From: Octopus sinensis
Taxonomy: Eukaryota
Direction of reading: 5' to 3'
DNA: 64,000 nucleotides
Assembly (NCBI RefSeq): GCF_006345805.1
Contig: NC_043011.1
Coordinates: forward strand, 60,462,464-60,526,463
The position numbers were made by a program, and so were the translations under genes. The notes under the pieces were generated by a model. It saw only the letters and a program-made list of their open reading frames with translations, did no database searches and was not told the DNA's origin. The stretch's first letter is position 1. Each line of letters starts with the position of its first letter. Positions 39,853 through 53,617 of the stretch are shown piece by piece.

Positions 39853-39906
39853 CCATTTGTCATCAAAGTACAGATGAACTTGATCATAATCTTAGTGTCA
39901 TTAAAC
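39853..39906 (-). CDS. Candidate internal coding exon (54 nt, phase 2->2), FNDTKIMIKFICTLMTNG
   Basis: Very strong polypyrimidine tract and GTAG acceptor; GG|GTAAAT donor; single open frame that stops immediately past the donor. Confidence 0.6.
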
Positions 39907-42900
39907 CTACAAACAAAACACAAAGATATAAAGGGGGAAAAAAATTCCTTCTTTTCCTAGCCAGATGCTAAATTTAGCCCAGTTGCTAGAATTAGAATAT
40001 GCAGGAATCTTGTCTCGTAACAGAGGTTGTATGCTACATTGTTTCTTTAGCAGCTAAATGTAAAGCTGGACCCGTTTATTTTGTGACTTATAAAGAGTAA
40101 CACAAAATTTCATACATACTTTCATAAAATCTGAGGGAAGGAGAAAAGAAAAAGAACAAAACAAAAACACCCACAACTATATAATGATTTATTAGTATCA
40201 TAAACTAAAAGTTTTGGTAAATTAATACAGGTGATGGTAATCTAAGAATCATTAAGTTTTGTAATGATGATAAAGAAAACTAAAAATATTGATTTTTAGC
40301 TAACCTAATACATCCAGTGTATGTATGTATTGTAAGCAATAGAGACGTTGTTCAGCTAGTTATCCAAAAGCAGCAAGCACACCTTTCCTTTTTAGAATGC
40401 TTTTCTTAATAATGTGCGTCATGAAATTTGGTCTAATAGAATTCTATCTTCTGACATTACTATAGTAACTAAAGTGTAAAAGCGTAAGATAATATAAAAT
40501 AACTAAAACATTATTTTGCAAAGGAACAAAGTGTGAAAATATTTTCGTCTCCAGGTGTTAATAAAATTAGGCACTCAATTGAATCGGTGGCAGTGTCACA
40601 ATATTCTACAAAATTTTGTATTTGTCATTTACTATAAACATGACATCACAGACACACACACACACACACACACCACACACACACACACACACAAACATAA
40701 TTCTTTCTCTCTCTGTGTTTGCAAAATTTTAAAATTCAACATTCAAAAGCAAGCAAGTTTAAGTCTATGAAAAAAATGTGATTGCATGTCAAACTAAATG
40801 TAGAACTACTACCATATGATAATGGAATCTAATGCATGTCAAAGAAAACTGTTCTCGTGACTAATATTTGTTTATTAAGACAGTGAAGGAGCCCCTCATA
40901 TGGTCACTCAAACCATTAGAAATAGCGACCAAATCTTTAATCTTTTTGTTACAATATTTCTGTTGAAATACCTTTATTTCAAGTAATCTTGAAGGTAAAT
41001 TTGTCATCATTTAATGGTTGAAACATAACTTGGCATGAAAATTTTGATGACAGATTTTAATTTAGATTACTATAAAACTGGAATTATGTAATCAGAGAAA
41101 CACTGGGCAAGGTGAACATGAATTGCTTCCTAGCATCTTAGGTAAGGAAAGTATATATTAGATCCTACCATCAACCCACCTGTCAAAAAAAGAAAGATAG
41201 TCATATAAAGAATGCCTCTGTCCAGAGATCTACTCCGTCAGAGCTGCTTGAGGCTACACAAAACTACTGTTCTTACTATTGTTGCTAATCTTCACAAATA
41301 TCAATATTTAACCAACCTAATGTTTTAAACATTATTAGTTATTTTTCTATAAGTGGGTGGATAGTATATAGCTGTGTATTTAGAGTATGGTGTGGAGATG
41401 GAACAATGTAATAATGAGAACAGTGAAAATGACTTAAAAGATAACATAACATAATAATATAAGTGTATGAAAAGATGAAACTTCATATAACTGGAAAAAG
41501 TTTGGTGAGAAGAGAAGAAATATTAGAATCTATTAGAACAAGAATGTCACATTTGATGGCAACACGAGAAAACATAGTATAGGTACATAAACGTTTTTTT
41601 TTAAGTGCAATACAGGAAACTATCAGTCTTTGAGTAACTTATGTAACTTCACAGTTTAAACAAACAGGAGGTATAAAACTCAGTACATAACACTATATAT
41701 ATTGTTTATTTCTCTGTGAAGTTGCATAAATGCTTCAGGGGACAAGAATTTTGTGCATTGTGCTTATTAAATGTTTTGTGTGCAAAGTGTAGTACATGAA
41801 ACTCATGGCCATTGAGTCACTAAAATAACTTTACCGCTAAATAAATATCTATATCATATATTTGTAGACGTGTGTTTGTTTCTGTATGTATACATGATTT
41901 TGTGATATATATATATATGCACATAGAAATTCTAAGCTTTATATATACATACATATATATATCGTATTTACTAAAGTATATAAAGCGTGCAACAAAAACA
42001 CACTTTTCCAGATTCCCGAATTCTGATGTACATTATACATGTTTTTTGCAAGTTATACACGAAGAAAAAATAATCAAAATTTTAGCACACTAAGTACAGC
42101 ATATTGAAAATATTTCAAAATACTTTTCTGCTTTTTCTTCCTGCTGTGTAACTAGTGCTACTGACTACAGTTTTTGTTAAATATTTACACATTTGGATAA
42201 GAACTTTTTAGAAAGTTCTTGATAAAATAAAGCCTGTTCTTTGTAACTGTGCATCAATGTGACATATGCACTTTGATGGAGATCACGTCGAATATAGAAT
42301 GGACAAATATAACAATGTCTAAAGTTTGCCTTCCAAAAAATCTTGTGTGATTTATAAAAAGCTGACATTGAATCATATGAATTGGATGACAATCCTGTCA
42401 ACAGCACACTGATGCTGCACATACAATCTACTAGAATTCAAAAATTTACCCACATAAATGCCACTAGGAGATGCTGCTCCACAACATCTATCACTGCTCC
42501 CCATATATGATATCACAACACCAGTGTGACACTGAACATTTACTTCACCTAGGTAAATATCTTCTACAGCCCTAGGCTGACCAAAGCCATGTGAGTGGAT
42601 GTGGTAGACTTCATACTAATGAAAATCATATTGTCTGTTTTCTTTCATTCCTTACTTTCATTTATCTACAAATTAGGATATTCATATATTTTACAGAAGC
42701 AGGCATGGTTATGTGGTTGAGAAGTTCCAGGTTCAATCCCACTGTGTGTTACCTTGGGCAAGTTTCTTCTAATATAGCCGCAAACTGACCGACACCTTGT
42801 GAGTGGATTTGGCAGAGAGAAACTGAAAGAAGCCCATTATGTGTGTGTGTTTGCATCTCATTGTGTTGACATTACATGGTTGTTGTAAATGAATGTTGTT

Positions 42901-45900
42901 CCTTTCCAATATTCTATAAAAACCTGTGTGGCCATGAAGAAATATTACCTTGCGTGGAAACAGGTGAGGGTTGGCAACAGGTAAGGCAGAAAATTAGCTG
43001 TAGAAAATTAGCTTCAACAAATTCCATCTGATCCATGCAAACATGGAAAGATGGATGTTAAATGAAGATAATGATGATTGATGTGTGTGTGTGTGTGTGT
43101 GTGTGCCCTTGTCTTGATATCATATGATGGCTGTGAACAAGCATCACCATCACACAAGCAATTTTGTTAAATTCCAGTGTCTTATGAAAAACATGTCTGG
43201 CCATAGAAAAATGTGTCTCAACAAATTTCCTGTGACTCATGTAAGCATGGAAAATGAACATTAAATGATGATGATGATACAATTTTGTTGATTAGCTGTG
43301 CCAGAATGAAATGAAAAGATGCAATGACTTTGAATCCTCATTCAAGGCTACTGTAGAACAGAATAGAAATAATGACAGAGATAAAAATGATATGAGCGCT
43401 TTGTTACCCAATTAATTTTCATGTTATCATGACTTTCTGTCAATGACAGAGTTAGCACACATTTAGCTGACTGACCACTGCTACTGTTATGATCATAATT
43501 TGTGTTTTGAAATGCAGAGTTTGGCTTGAAAATACAGAAATAATGTCTCAACAATAAATGTGCATCTCAATAATGTAAATGGTTGGAAGCATCATTGCGC
43601 ATATCAGAAAAAAAACAAAAAACATTACGTACTGTCTGTGTAACAATGAATGGCACTGAATTTCTTCTATACCAGGCAACCTGTATAACTAGATAGAGAA
43701 ATAGAGATGCCATCAAACCAGTCTAACTCTCTTCTTTGCTCGACACTCACCTATTTATTATACCATACAACCCATGTAAAGAAAGATGATATTTATTTGA
43801 GTTATATGTAATCAATAGCCTCTACCACCATATTGTTACTCTAGCTTTCTTGTCCCTCATGAAGTCATATATGAAAGATTACACCAGATCTGGTGTACCA
43901 CTCTTTCTGACTGCCAACCATCAATCCCTCTCGCCTGGCTAGTAGACTCTATAAAAATGGTTAGTAAATTAGCAGAGACATGGGGTTGACAGGATCTGTT
44001 GGTCCTATCGAGGAGATAATACTTCTCTAGTGCTGGCGCATCAATAAAAAGACTCCATTACACCCTGTTGAGTGGCTGGTGTTAGGAAGGGCATCTAGCC
44101 AGTAAAACCTTTTCAAAAATGAAACGTATGAGTGAAATATGGTCCCTTAACTCATCTTAAAGTGGAGTAATTCTAAATAAGAGTTGAATTACACCTTAAA
44201 AACTCATTCAATCCATAACAGCATGGAAAACTGATGTTTGATGATGTTGAGGATTGTATTACATATATTATAAATTTTCTCCCCTTTTTTTGCCCTTTCC
44301 TGTGTTGCAAGTTACTTGGCAACCTTACAACTGCTGGTGGCATGGAAAATAGTACACACAATAATGTGGTTGGCATTATGAAGGGCATGCACCTGAAGAA
44401 ACTATGCCATAGCTGACATGGAGCTCACCAGATCCTGTCAAACAGTCCAACCCATGCCAGCACAGAAAACAGCTTAAATGATGATGATGATGATTTATTG
44501 CAGGTATCATTTCGTTTTAGTTAAATGAGGCTTATACTAGCGCAAAAAAACTGCAATTCAGTAAATGACAAGATATCAGATAATAATAACAATAATAATG
44601 TCAGATAGCATAGATAATATGAGCTTTGTTGTTGGTTTATGTCTTATTATTTAACCATATTGACAAATGAACTGACATAGATAGGCATTTAGACGGTAGT
44701 GCAAAATGCTAAATAGGTAGATAGATATACTGATAGGTAGATAAATGCATAGTAAGATAGTAAGCAGATAATGGTCAGGTATATATTTGATTGCCTCTAA
44801 GTTGGGACAGCAAAGTCAACCTAAGTGCAGAAAGATATAATTAGAATGTAATCAAATATCACAGTGCATTTTTTAATGAAAAATAATGGTAGACACATGC
44901 TGGTACAACATTAAAAGCACTGGTGGTAGTATCACATAAAAAGCACAAGTACACTCAGTGGAGTGGTTGGCATTAGGAAGGGCATCCAGCTATAGAAACC
45001 ATTCCAGAACAAACAATGGAGCCTGGTGCAGCCCCTGACCTTACTGGCTCTGGTCAAACTATCCAACCTGTGCCAGCATGGAAAACAGATGTATAATGAT
45101 GATGATGATGATGATGATGACTGAGCCTTGAAGCTTCAAAAGTTGCAATCAGTGAAGTAAAATAGTGATTGCTTGCTTTGAATCTTAAAATCCATCATAA
45201 GACATGCTGCTTATGCATTTGCTATCGCACTGATAGCTGAATAACCAAGCACTCTTACTACTCAGAGAAATAGTACATATGAATCTATGTGCCTAATTCC
45301 TTTCTGGCAATCCAGAGTGGGTCATAGTTTTTAATGAAATTAACCTCAGCTCATCAAAGATTTACTGGATTTTTGTTTTCCATTAAGATTTGTTTTGATA
45401 TGCTTCCTTTATATTTTACTATGTGTTAGAATGCTGCAGTGGTTAGTATGGTTTTGTATATATATGCTCTTATCTTGTGATATATTAATTAGAACAAGAA
45501 AATAAATTTAGTTTCAACTCGGTGTGGATAACAAAAATGTATTAATTCATTTTCTTCTCATATATGCAATTAAAACAGATAAACTCAAAGTATATGGTAA
45601 ATGGATTACTTTTAAATAGTTTTTTTAAAAAATTTTATTGAGTTTTGCTTTCTTATTTCTTTACTATTTATTGCTAATAAGGTACAACTTCATAAATTTG
45701 GTGGAGGGCAAGAAGAGTTAATTAGATTGACCTTAATATTCAGCTGGTACATATTTCATCAACCCCAGAAAGATGAAAAGCAAAGCCTACTTCAGCAGGA
45801 GTTAAACTTGGAATCTACAAGATTAGGGCAATAGCAAAACACTACAAGGCATTTCATTTGATGCTTTGCCAATTCTGCCAATACACTACCCTCATTGATA

Positions 45901-45974
45901 AAACATTTCAAAGAAATAATTTTTAAAAATGTATATAAAACATCCAAAAACAAACTACACACACACACACACAC

Positions 45975-46520
45975 ACAGCATGTTCTTTGAACATTGGGTC
46001 TTTGGTGATATGCCGTGCTTGAGAAGACCTGTCAAGCCAAGTGAAATTGTAGCCATGGCTGATGCCAGAGTCACATAACTGACACTTGTGCTGGTGGCAC
46101 ACAAAGAGCACTCTGAACATTAGGCAATATGCCATGCTTGAGAAGACCAATCAAGCCAAGTGAAATTGTAATCATGGCCGATGCTAGTGTTGCATTATTG
46201 GCACCTGTGCTGGTGGCACCCTTTGAACTTTGGGCCTCACAGAGGCAGTGACAAGTGACTGAGATCCTGTGCTTGAAAAGTCTTGTTAAGCCAAATGAGA
46301 TTGTAGTCATGGCTGGTGCTGGTGTTCTGTAACTGGCACCCATGCCGTAAAAAGCACCCACTACACTCTCGAGGTGGTTGGCATTAGGAAGAGCATCCAG
46401 TTGTAGAAACCATATCAAATCAAATTGAAACCTTGTGCAGCTCCCCAGCTTACTAGTTTTCAGTCAAACCATCCAACCCATGCCAGCATGGCAAATGGAC
46501 ACTAAATGATGATGATGATA
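45975..46520 (+). repeat. Tandem multimer of RTE ORF end (AVLEKTCQAK*) followed by a family C tail
   Basis: Three related units containing GTGCTTGAGAAGACC..AAGCCAAGTGAAATTGTA..CATGGC; homologous to the RTE stop region near 51830-51890. Confidence 0.7.
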
Positions 46521-47443
46521 TATCAGACAACCATAGAATAAAAGAGAGAGAAAAAGAAAGAAATGACAGAAATCAAAGCTAACTTTAGTTATATTTTTGG
46601 TGTCTTTTAGACATTTGATGTTGCAAAAAAATAAGTAAAAGTAAAAATAATAAAAGAAAGGAAAAATCATTGCATCAAATTTAAAAAATTTTTTTTATTG
46701 CTTTTATCATGATAGATGTCTAATACAAAAACGGCTTTTAGATGTTTGCAAGACAGTTCTAGAATTTTGGAAGATAAAATTGTAAAGGGAAATAATAAAC
46801 AATATTTCACAATGGAAATGTAGGGCAGAGTTATGCTGGAGATAATATGAATATTCAGTTGCAGCATTCTGGTACATGATTGGTTATATTTCTAGAACAA
46901 AGTGAATTCTGTATAGAAAGTGATAAATCCTTCTCTAATAGGGAAAGTTTGAGCAAAGAAATTAAACAAATTGAGCTGTTTCTTTAATCGTTTACTGCTT
47001 TCAATTAATGGACTGTGGCTATGCTGGGGCATTGTTTCCAAGAACTTTAGGTGAGTATATTGACCATAGTACTTGGCCATCTACATATTTGATTGCCTCA
47101 GTAAGTTGGGACAGCAAGCTCAACCTAAGCACAGGAAGACGTAATTAGAATGTAATCAAATACCACAATGGACTTTTTAAAAGCTGATATATATCCATGT
47201 ACCAAATTGCAATCATAAGGCTTGAGACAAGCCAATGCTATGTTAGAAGACAGTTGCCAAATGTGTGGACAGTATGACACAACTCTAACAATAAGGTGAG
47301 CCTCTTAACCAGGTGTCTAAGTCTTTTATTTCTCCAGAGATAATGAAATAACAACTATATCATGTCGACTAGAATGATCTGGATGTGGTTGATGAAGTGA
47401 CTGTATATTTAAAGTGGAAAAAGTTCATGTAAAATTCTGTTAA

Positions 47444-47666
47444 AACCTTTTTGATACCAGCCTGGCTGAAACTGCCTCTGGCTCTGTAGTACAAATGTCT
47501 TGTTTTCATAAATTTCGAATTAAAATCTTCCACCAAACCTTAGTCACAAGTTATGTTCATAACACTGGCTTAATGATAACCAAGTCATTTTACTAAATTC
47601 TTCGTTGTATTTAAAATTAATTGAAAGAAACAAGAGCGTCTCAAAATAAATACAATAACGAAAGGG
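47444..47666. mobile_element. piggyBac-type MITE
   Basis: TTAA flanks with (C)CCTTT..AAAGGG termini; related remnants at about 20610-20815, 37829-37983, 47981-48305, 58104-58275. Confidence 0.7.
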
Positions 47667-49172
47667 TTAATCTGTCTTCAGTCAACGAAGATAGCTCCAG
47701 GCATGTTTGTGTGATTATGAAATTTGCTTTGCTACTGCATGGCATCTTGGCAAGTACTTACTGCTACTGCTGCTACTACTATTACAGCTTTGGGTTGACC
47801 AAAGCCTGCTGAGAAAAATTTGGTAGACAATAAGATGTGTTAGTGAGGCATGCTGAACACAACTGGAGGTATTTGATTCATACCTTTATGATCAGGTTGA
47901 CTTTGCCATTTATTCCTTAAGAGATCAATAAAACAGAACCAGAGAAAGTAATGGAGCTAATAAAACTGAAAGAAAATTTTTTAATCCTTTTAACACTACA
48001 TTTCTGTTGGAATACACTGCCTTTGCTTCAATTAATTTCGAAAATATTGAGGAATTTATAACAGTAATTGTCATTCAAATTCTGCTGAGGTTGACTTTGA
48101 CCTTCATCCTTTTGAGGCTCAATAAAATTAAGTACCAGTCAAGTACAGAGGTCAATATAATCGACTAGCCCCCTCCCCCAATTATTTAGCTTGTGTTTAG
48201 ACCATGAATTGACATAAAATTTTCAAGAAGAGTTTTAATGTAATTATTTTAAATATTAAGTTTGTAACATTGAACTGGGGTGGTCTCAGGTGGGTTAACA
48301 TCAAAAACAGTGAAGTAGCACTGCCACTTTAAAGATTTTATTTGACAGACAACAATCTAAAGACTAAAATCAATAAGTAACAGAAAGAATAATGGGAAAA
48401 GTAATAGATATGCAACAGACGAGAATTCTACCTAAATGGGGGCTCAAGGAACAAAGATGAATCACTCCAAATGGGGTAAAATAACAAAGAAAAAATCAAA
48501 CAAAAATCCCCAGAAAAATTGAGGTCTCCTGCAAATAGCATAAGAGATAGATTTCTCAAAGTTTGGGTTGTATGTATATATAATCATGAAACAAAGAGAT
48601 GTCTTTATTGCTTAACATTTTGAGCTGATATTTTTTTGTATTTATTTTTATTTGTTTTGTTCAATAAACGTGATGCTATTTTAATTTTTTTCTTTTAGAA
48701 TATTACTAGTTTATGTCTTTCAGTTTGAAATTTTATTTTTTCTTTATTTTTTCTTTCCTTGATTTATACATAGAATCATTGTCATGAGAGCAAAGCTGTA
48801 TTTTAAATACAATTTTGTCAAGTGAGGTGTGAAAACTGTAGCAGGGTAATAATTTTTTTCTATTGAAAACTACTGAATCTACAACATTTAAACTTCACAT
48901 ATAAAGTAATAAATATGTTGTACCAATATTACGTCTATCCAGGCTATAAAAAGAAAAAAAGAACGTGGGTTTTTTTTTTCTGAATCATCTCTAACTTTTT
49001 AAAGCTGAGAATCAACTGCTTATCAATTGGTAAAAAAAGAACACCAAAGAAACACAACAAAAATGAATATATATATATTTTAATATTTTAGTTTGACTAA
49101 GGCGGTGAGCTGGCAGAAATGTTAGCATGCTGGGCAAAATGCTTAGTGGTATTTCGTCTGTTTTTACATTCT

Positions 49173-49403
49173 GGTGGCGAGCTGGCAGAAACGTTAGCAT
49201 GCCAGGCGAAATGCGTAGCCGTATTTCGCCTGCTGTTACGTTCTGAGTTCAAATTCCGCCGAGGTCAACTTTGCCTTTCATCCTTTCAGGGTCGATAAAT
49301 TAAGTACCAGTTATGCACTGGGGTCAATGTCATCGACTTGACCCATTTGTCTGTTCTTGTTTGTCCCCTCTGTGTTTAGCCCCTTGTGGGTAGTAAAGAA
49401 ATA
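49173..49403 (+). mobile_element. Young family B SINE inserted into an older family B SINE (49101-49566)
   Basis: 25-bp duplication at 49148-49172 and 49404-49428 (24/25 identical). Confidence 0.85.
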
Positions 49404-51519
49404 GGTATTTCGTCTGTTTTTAAATTCTGAGTTCAAATGCTGCTGAGGTTGACTTTGCCTTTCAGGCTTGATAAATTAAGTACCAGTTGCATACTCAGGT
49501 CGATCTAATTGACCAACCCCACTCCCCCAAAATTTTGAGCGTTGTGCCTAGAGTAGAAAAGAATATTTTAGTATGATTAAATATTCCGAAGCAGCAAGCT
49601 AGCAGCATTGTTAGCATGGAAGGCAGAATGTTTAGTAGCATTTTGTCTGACTTTACATTCTATGCTCAAATCCCACCAAGGTTGACTCTGCCTTTCATCC
49701 TTTTGGGGTTGATAAAATAAGTACCAGTCAAATATTGGGGTGAATGTTATCAACTTTCTGCTCCCTTCAAAAACTGCTGGCCCTGTACCAAAATTTGAAA
49801 CCATTATCTTTTACTTGTTTCAGTCATTAGACTGCAGTCATGCTGGGGCACCGCCTCAAAGAATTTTTAGGCAAATGAATCAACTCCAGTACTTATATTA
49901 TTAATACCTGCTACTTATTCTATTGGTCTCTTTTTCTGAACTACTAAATTATGGGGATGTAAACACACCAACAACTGTTGTCAAGCTGTGGTGGGGGACA
50001 GACACACAAAGATACACACACACACACACATACACGACTGACTTCTTTCAGTTTCTGTCTACCAAATCCATTCACCAGGTTTTGATCAGCCTGAAGCTAA
50101 AGTAGATGTCACGCAATGGGATTGAACCTAAAACCATATGGTTGAGAAACAAACTTCTTACCACATAACCATGCCTGCGCCTTTAATATTAATATTCAGA
50201 AGCTTTTAAAGTAAGGTGCATGCATACCTGAGGATGCATTATGTAACTTGCAGTGTTATGCAAGGCAATTCACAAAAGCATAAGCAAAGAATAATGTCTG
50301 CTGTTATATAAAAATTTTTTTCAAGTAAATTTTAAAGCTACAAATCTTGAAAAATATTCTAATTGTTTGCTTACATATTTCAATGCACAGATTTTCTTTC
50401 TTGCATAAAATATATCTTTATAGTTTTTAGCATTTATTACATTTTTATTGTTCGTTTATTATATTATGTCAGTTGGCTTGTGAATGTCTTTAACTGTAAA
50501 ACTGTCAATGTGCCTAAAGGATTGGCAGAGGCACAAGCTTCACTCCAATAAAGAAATATTAAATTTCAGAACAGGGGAGATCTTTTTTCTTTTATCATTT
50601 TAGATGCCAAAATCTGCAAAAGCTTTCAAAACTACACACATGGAAACAACAAAATTATGGCAGCTTTCTACAACAAATTAATTTTGTGAAAAAGAATTTT
50701 CTACACTTGAAAAACAATATATAGAAATTGGGAAACATCATCTAAATGGCTGTGATATCAAAAACCCTAATTTTAATGTTGCTATATAAAAAAAAAAAAG
50801 ATGAAGTTTCCCAAAACTGAAAGTGGAGCTGGTTTGAATGAAATTTTCTTTTCTTTGGGGCTTTTTCTTTTTTTAATTATTTTTTATCTGCTGGTTTTGT
50901 ATCAGTATGTTTGGCTTCTCCCTCCTTTATATTTATGTTTGTGATCATGAAAACTGACCCATAAATAATCTTCAAACATGAAAATTAATCCATAATTAAT
51001 CTTGTGAAATTGAAAATTCAGCTATAAAAAAAGAAGGTATGACTGTGGTTAAGACACCTACTTTCTAACCACGAGGTTTCATATTTAGCAATGCTGCTTA
51101 GCGCTATCGGCAGGTATTTTCTACAGTAGTCACATTTTATAAGGGCCAGTCAACGCCTTGAGTGAATTTGATAGACAGAAACTAAAAGAAGCCTGTTGTA
51201 TATGTATATAAATGTTTGTGTGTGCACTTTTGTATTTGTGTGTGTCTGTCTCTGTTTTGGCATTTTGGGATGGTTGTAAATGAGCATTATTCATAGTTAA
51301 TCCTCCATAAAAACAAATAATGTCTGGCCATTTGAAGATATTACTTTTCTTGAAAACAAGTGAGTGTTGCTGACAGAAAAGGGATCCGGCAATAGAAAAT
51401 CTGTCTAAATGAATTCTGTGTGACTCATGTAAACATGGGAAACTGGACATTAAAAAGATGCTGATAATAACAAATCGGTTTTGTCAACTTTTTAATCCCA
51501 CCCCAATAGTAAACTGACA

Positions 51520-52310
51520 TCATCATCATCAACCATTTAGTGTCCTCTTTCCATACTGGCACGGGTTGGACGGTTTGACATGGAGCTGGTTAACAGGGTG
51601 CTGACCAGACTCCAACTGTCTGTTGTGGCATGGTTTCTATGGCTGGAAGCTCTTCCTAATGTCAAACACTTAACAGGGTATACTGGGTGCTTTTTATGTG
51701 CCACCAGCACAGGTGCGTTTATGTAGCACTGGCACAGGTGTGCTGATGCAGCACCGGCATGGGTACTTTTCAAGTGGCACTGGCACCTTAAGGACAAACC
51801 TGTATGTGTGGAGGACAGTGACTTTACTTAGCTTGGTGCATCTTATCAAGTTCAGCAAATCACCACATCTCTCAGTCCCTTGTCATCTCCTCAGTGAGAC
51901 CCAGCACCCGAAGATCCTTTCTTACCACTTTGTCCCATGTCTTCCTAGGTCTACCCCTTCCAAAGGTACCCTCCACAATTAGAGTTCAGCACTTTATCCA
52001 GCTGTCCTCATCTATATGCATCACATGACCAAACCAGTGCAATCTTCTCTTCTGACGCTCTTGTACCTAGTTTTCCTCTTAAATCAGTTACACTCAGTTA
52101 TGCATGCACACTGACATTACCCATCCAACGGAGCATGCTAGCTTCATTTCTTTCAAGCCTCCATAGGTCTTCTGTAGTCAAAACCAATGTTTCACTGCCA
52201 TGTTACGTAGCTGTATGTACACATGCATCATATAACTTGTCTTTCACTCTGAAGGAGAGGCCATTCGTTACCAACAAAGGTAGAAGCTCACTGAACTTTA
52301 CCCAGCCCAA
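51520..52310 (-). mobile_element. 5'-truncated RTE LINE with 3' UTR and (GAT)n tail
   Basis: GWVKFSELLPLL..KLYDACV..HGSET..RLERNEASMLRWM..GRPRKTWDKVVRKDL. Confidence 0.9.
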
Positions 52311-52380
52311 ATAAATTAGTTAGACTCTGAAAACAGCATCAGTTTCGACCCAGCACAGATTTGGATTAATTTAGAAAATA

Positions 52381-53617
52381 TTGGGTCACCCCATAAATAA
52401 TGCAGATTTTTGAAATGCATGAACTAAAAGTCAAAGGGGAACTGGATAAACTACTTGCATCAACTTGCTATATAAGCAGGTAGTGATTTTATCTTGAACT
52501 TATTCTTAGTGTAAGTTTTGAAGAGCACAGTTTGATTTCAACAGTTATTTTTTCAAAGCTATAATGGAAGTGACAAAAGAGCATATTCAGCATAATTTGC
52601 TTGTATGAGTTCAATAAGGGCAACAATGCACTGGAAAGTGTGAGGAATATTGATGGAGTATATGGGGGTCAGACAATAATTCAAAGCCAGAAATTACAGC
52701 CTGGAAGACGAGCTTCATCCTGAAAATCTGTAGAGCTTGACAAGGACGTCCTGCAAACCCTGGTGGAACAAAATCCCATTGTAACTGTTGAGGATCTAGC
52801 AAAGAAGCTTGGATTTGGTCATTCAACCATTCATCAACACCTGTGTGTCATCAGAAAAGTCAGCAAATTAGGTCAATGGGTTCCTCACAAACTTTCTGAA
52901 TCTAATCGCATGCAGAGAGTGAATATGTTTTCTTTGCTGTCACATCTCACAAATGAATCTTTTTTGAACCAAATAATGACTGGTGATGAGAAATGGGTTC
53001 TTTATAGAAATGTCAAGTACTGAAGACAGTGAGTAGGGAAAGGAGAAACAAGGCACCACAGGCTAAAGAAGGTCTTCATCTACATAAGGTGTCAATATCT
53101 GTTTGGTGGGATATGAAAAGTTTAGTCCACTTTGGACTTTTAAACCCAAACCAAACAATAACAAAGGAAGTCTACTGTGAGCAGCTTGAGCAACTTAAGT
53201 CAGCACTATAAGAAAAATAACCATCTTTGAGTTTCAAGATGAAAGCTGTTCTTCCATCAAGATAATGTTCCACCACATACAGTGAGGATGACATTCCAAA
53301 GGCTGGAGCAGTTTGAATGGCAAATAATGCCCCACCCATCACATTCACCAGACATTTCCCCATCTGATTATCATTTATTCTGCAGCCTTCAAAATCATTT
53401 GCATGGAAAGAATATGAATTCTGTAGATGAAGTTAGAACACTACTGGAGGAGTATTTTTCATCACAGACAAGTGAAATTTGGGAGAGGGACCTTGCAAGT
53501 CTACCAGATAGATGGAAGAGCATTGTAGAAAACGTAGATTAAAAAAGAACTTGGTTTATCATAATTGTGAAAAATAAAAGAAGTATCAAAAACAGCATTA
53601 TTTATGGGCTGACCCAA
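52381..53617 (+). mobile_element. Full-length inactive mariner (DD34D) transposon, 1237 bp
   Basis: About 33-bp TIRs TTGGGTCA(C/G)CCCATAAATAATGC.., TA duplications at 52379-80 and 53618-19. Confidence 0.95.
52564..53542 (+). pseudogene. Mariner transposase pseudogene
   Basis: MEVTKEHI.., WVPHKL, TGDEKW, HQDNVPPH and HSPDISPSDYHLF motifs; several stops and frameshifts. Confidence 0.95.

Noticed and set aside
42177-42422. 81-aa minus-strand ORF
   Set aside because: No motif; the opposite strand weakly resembles decayed RTE sequence.
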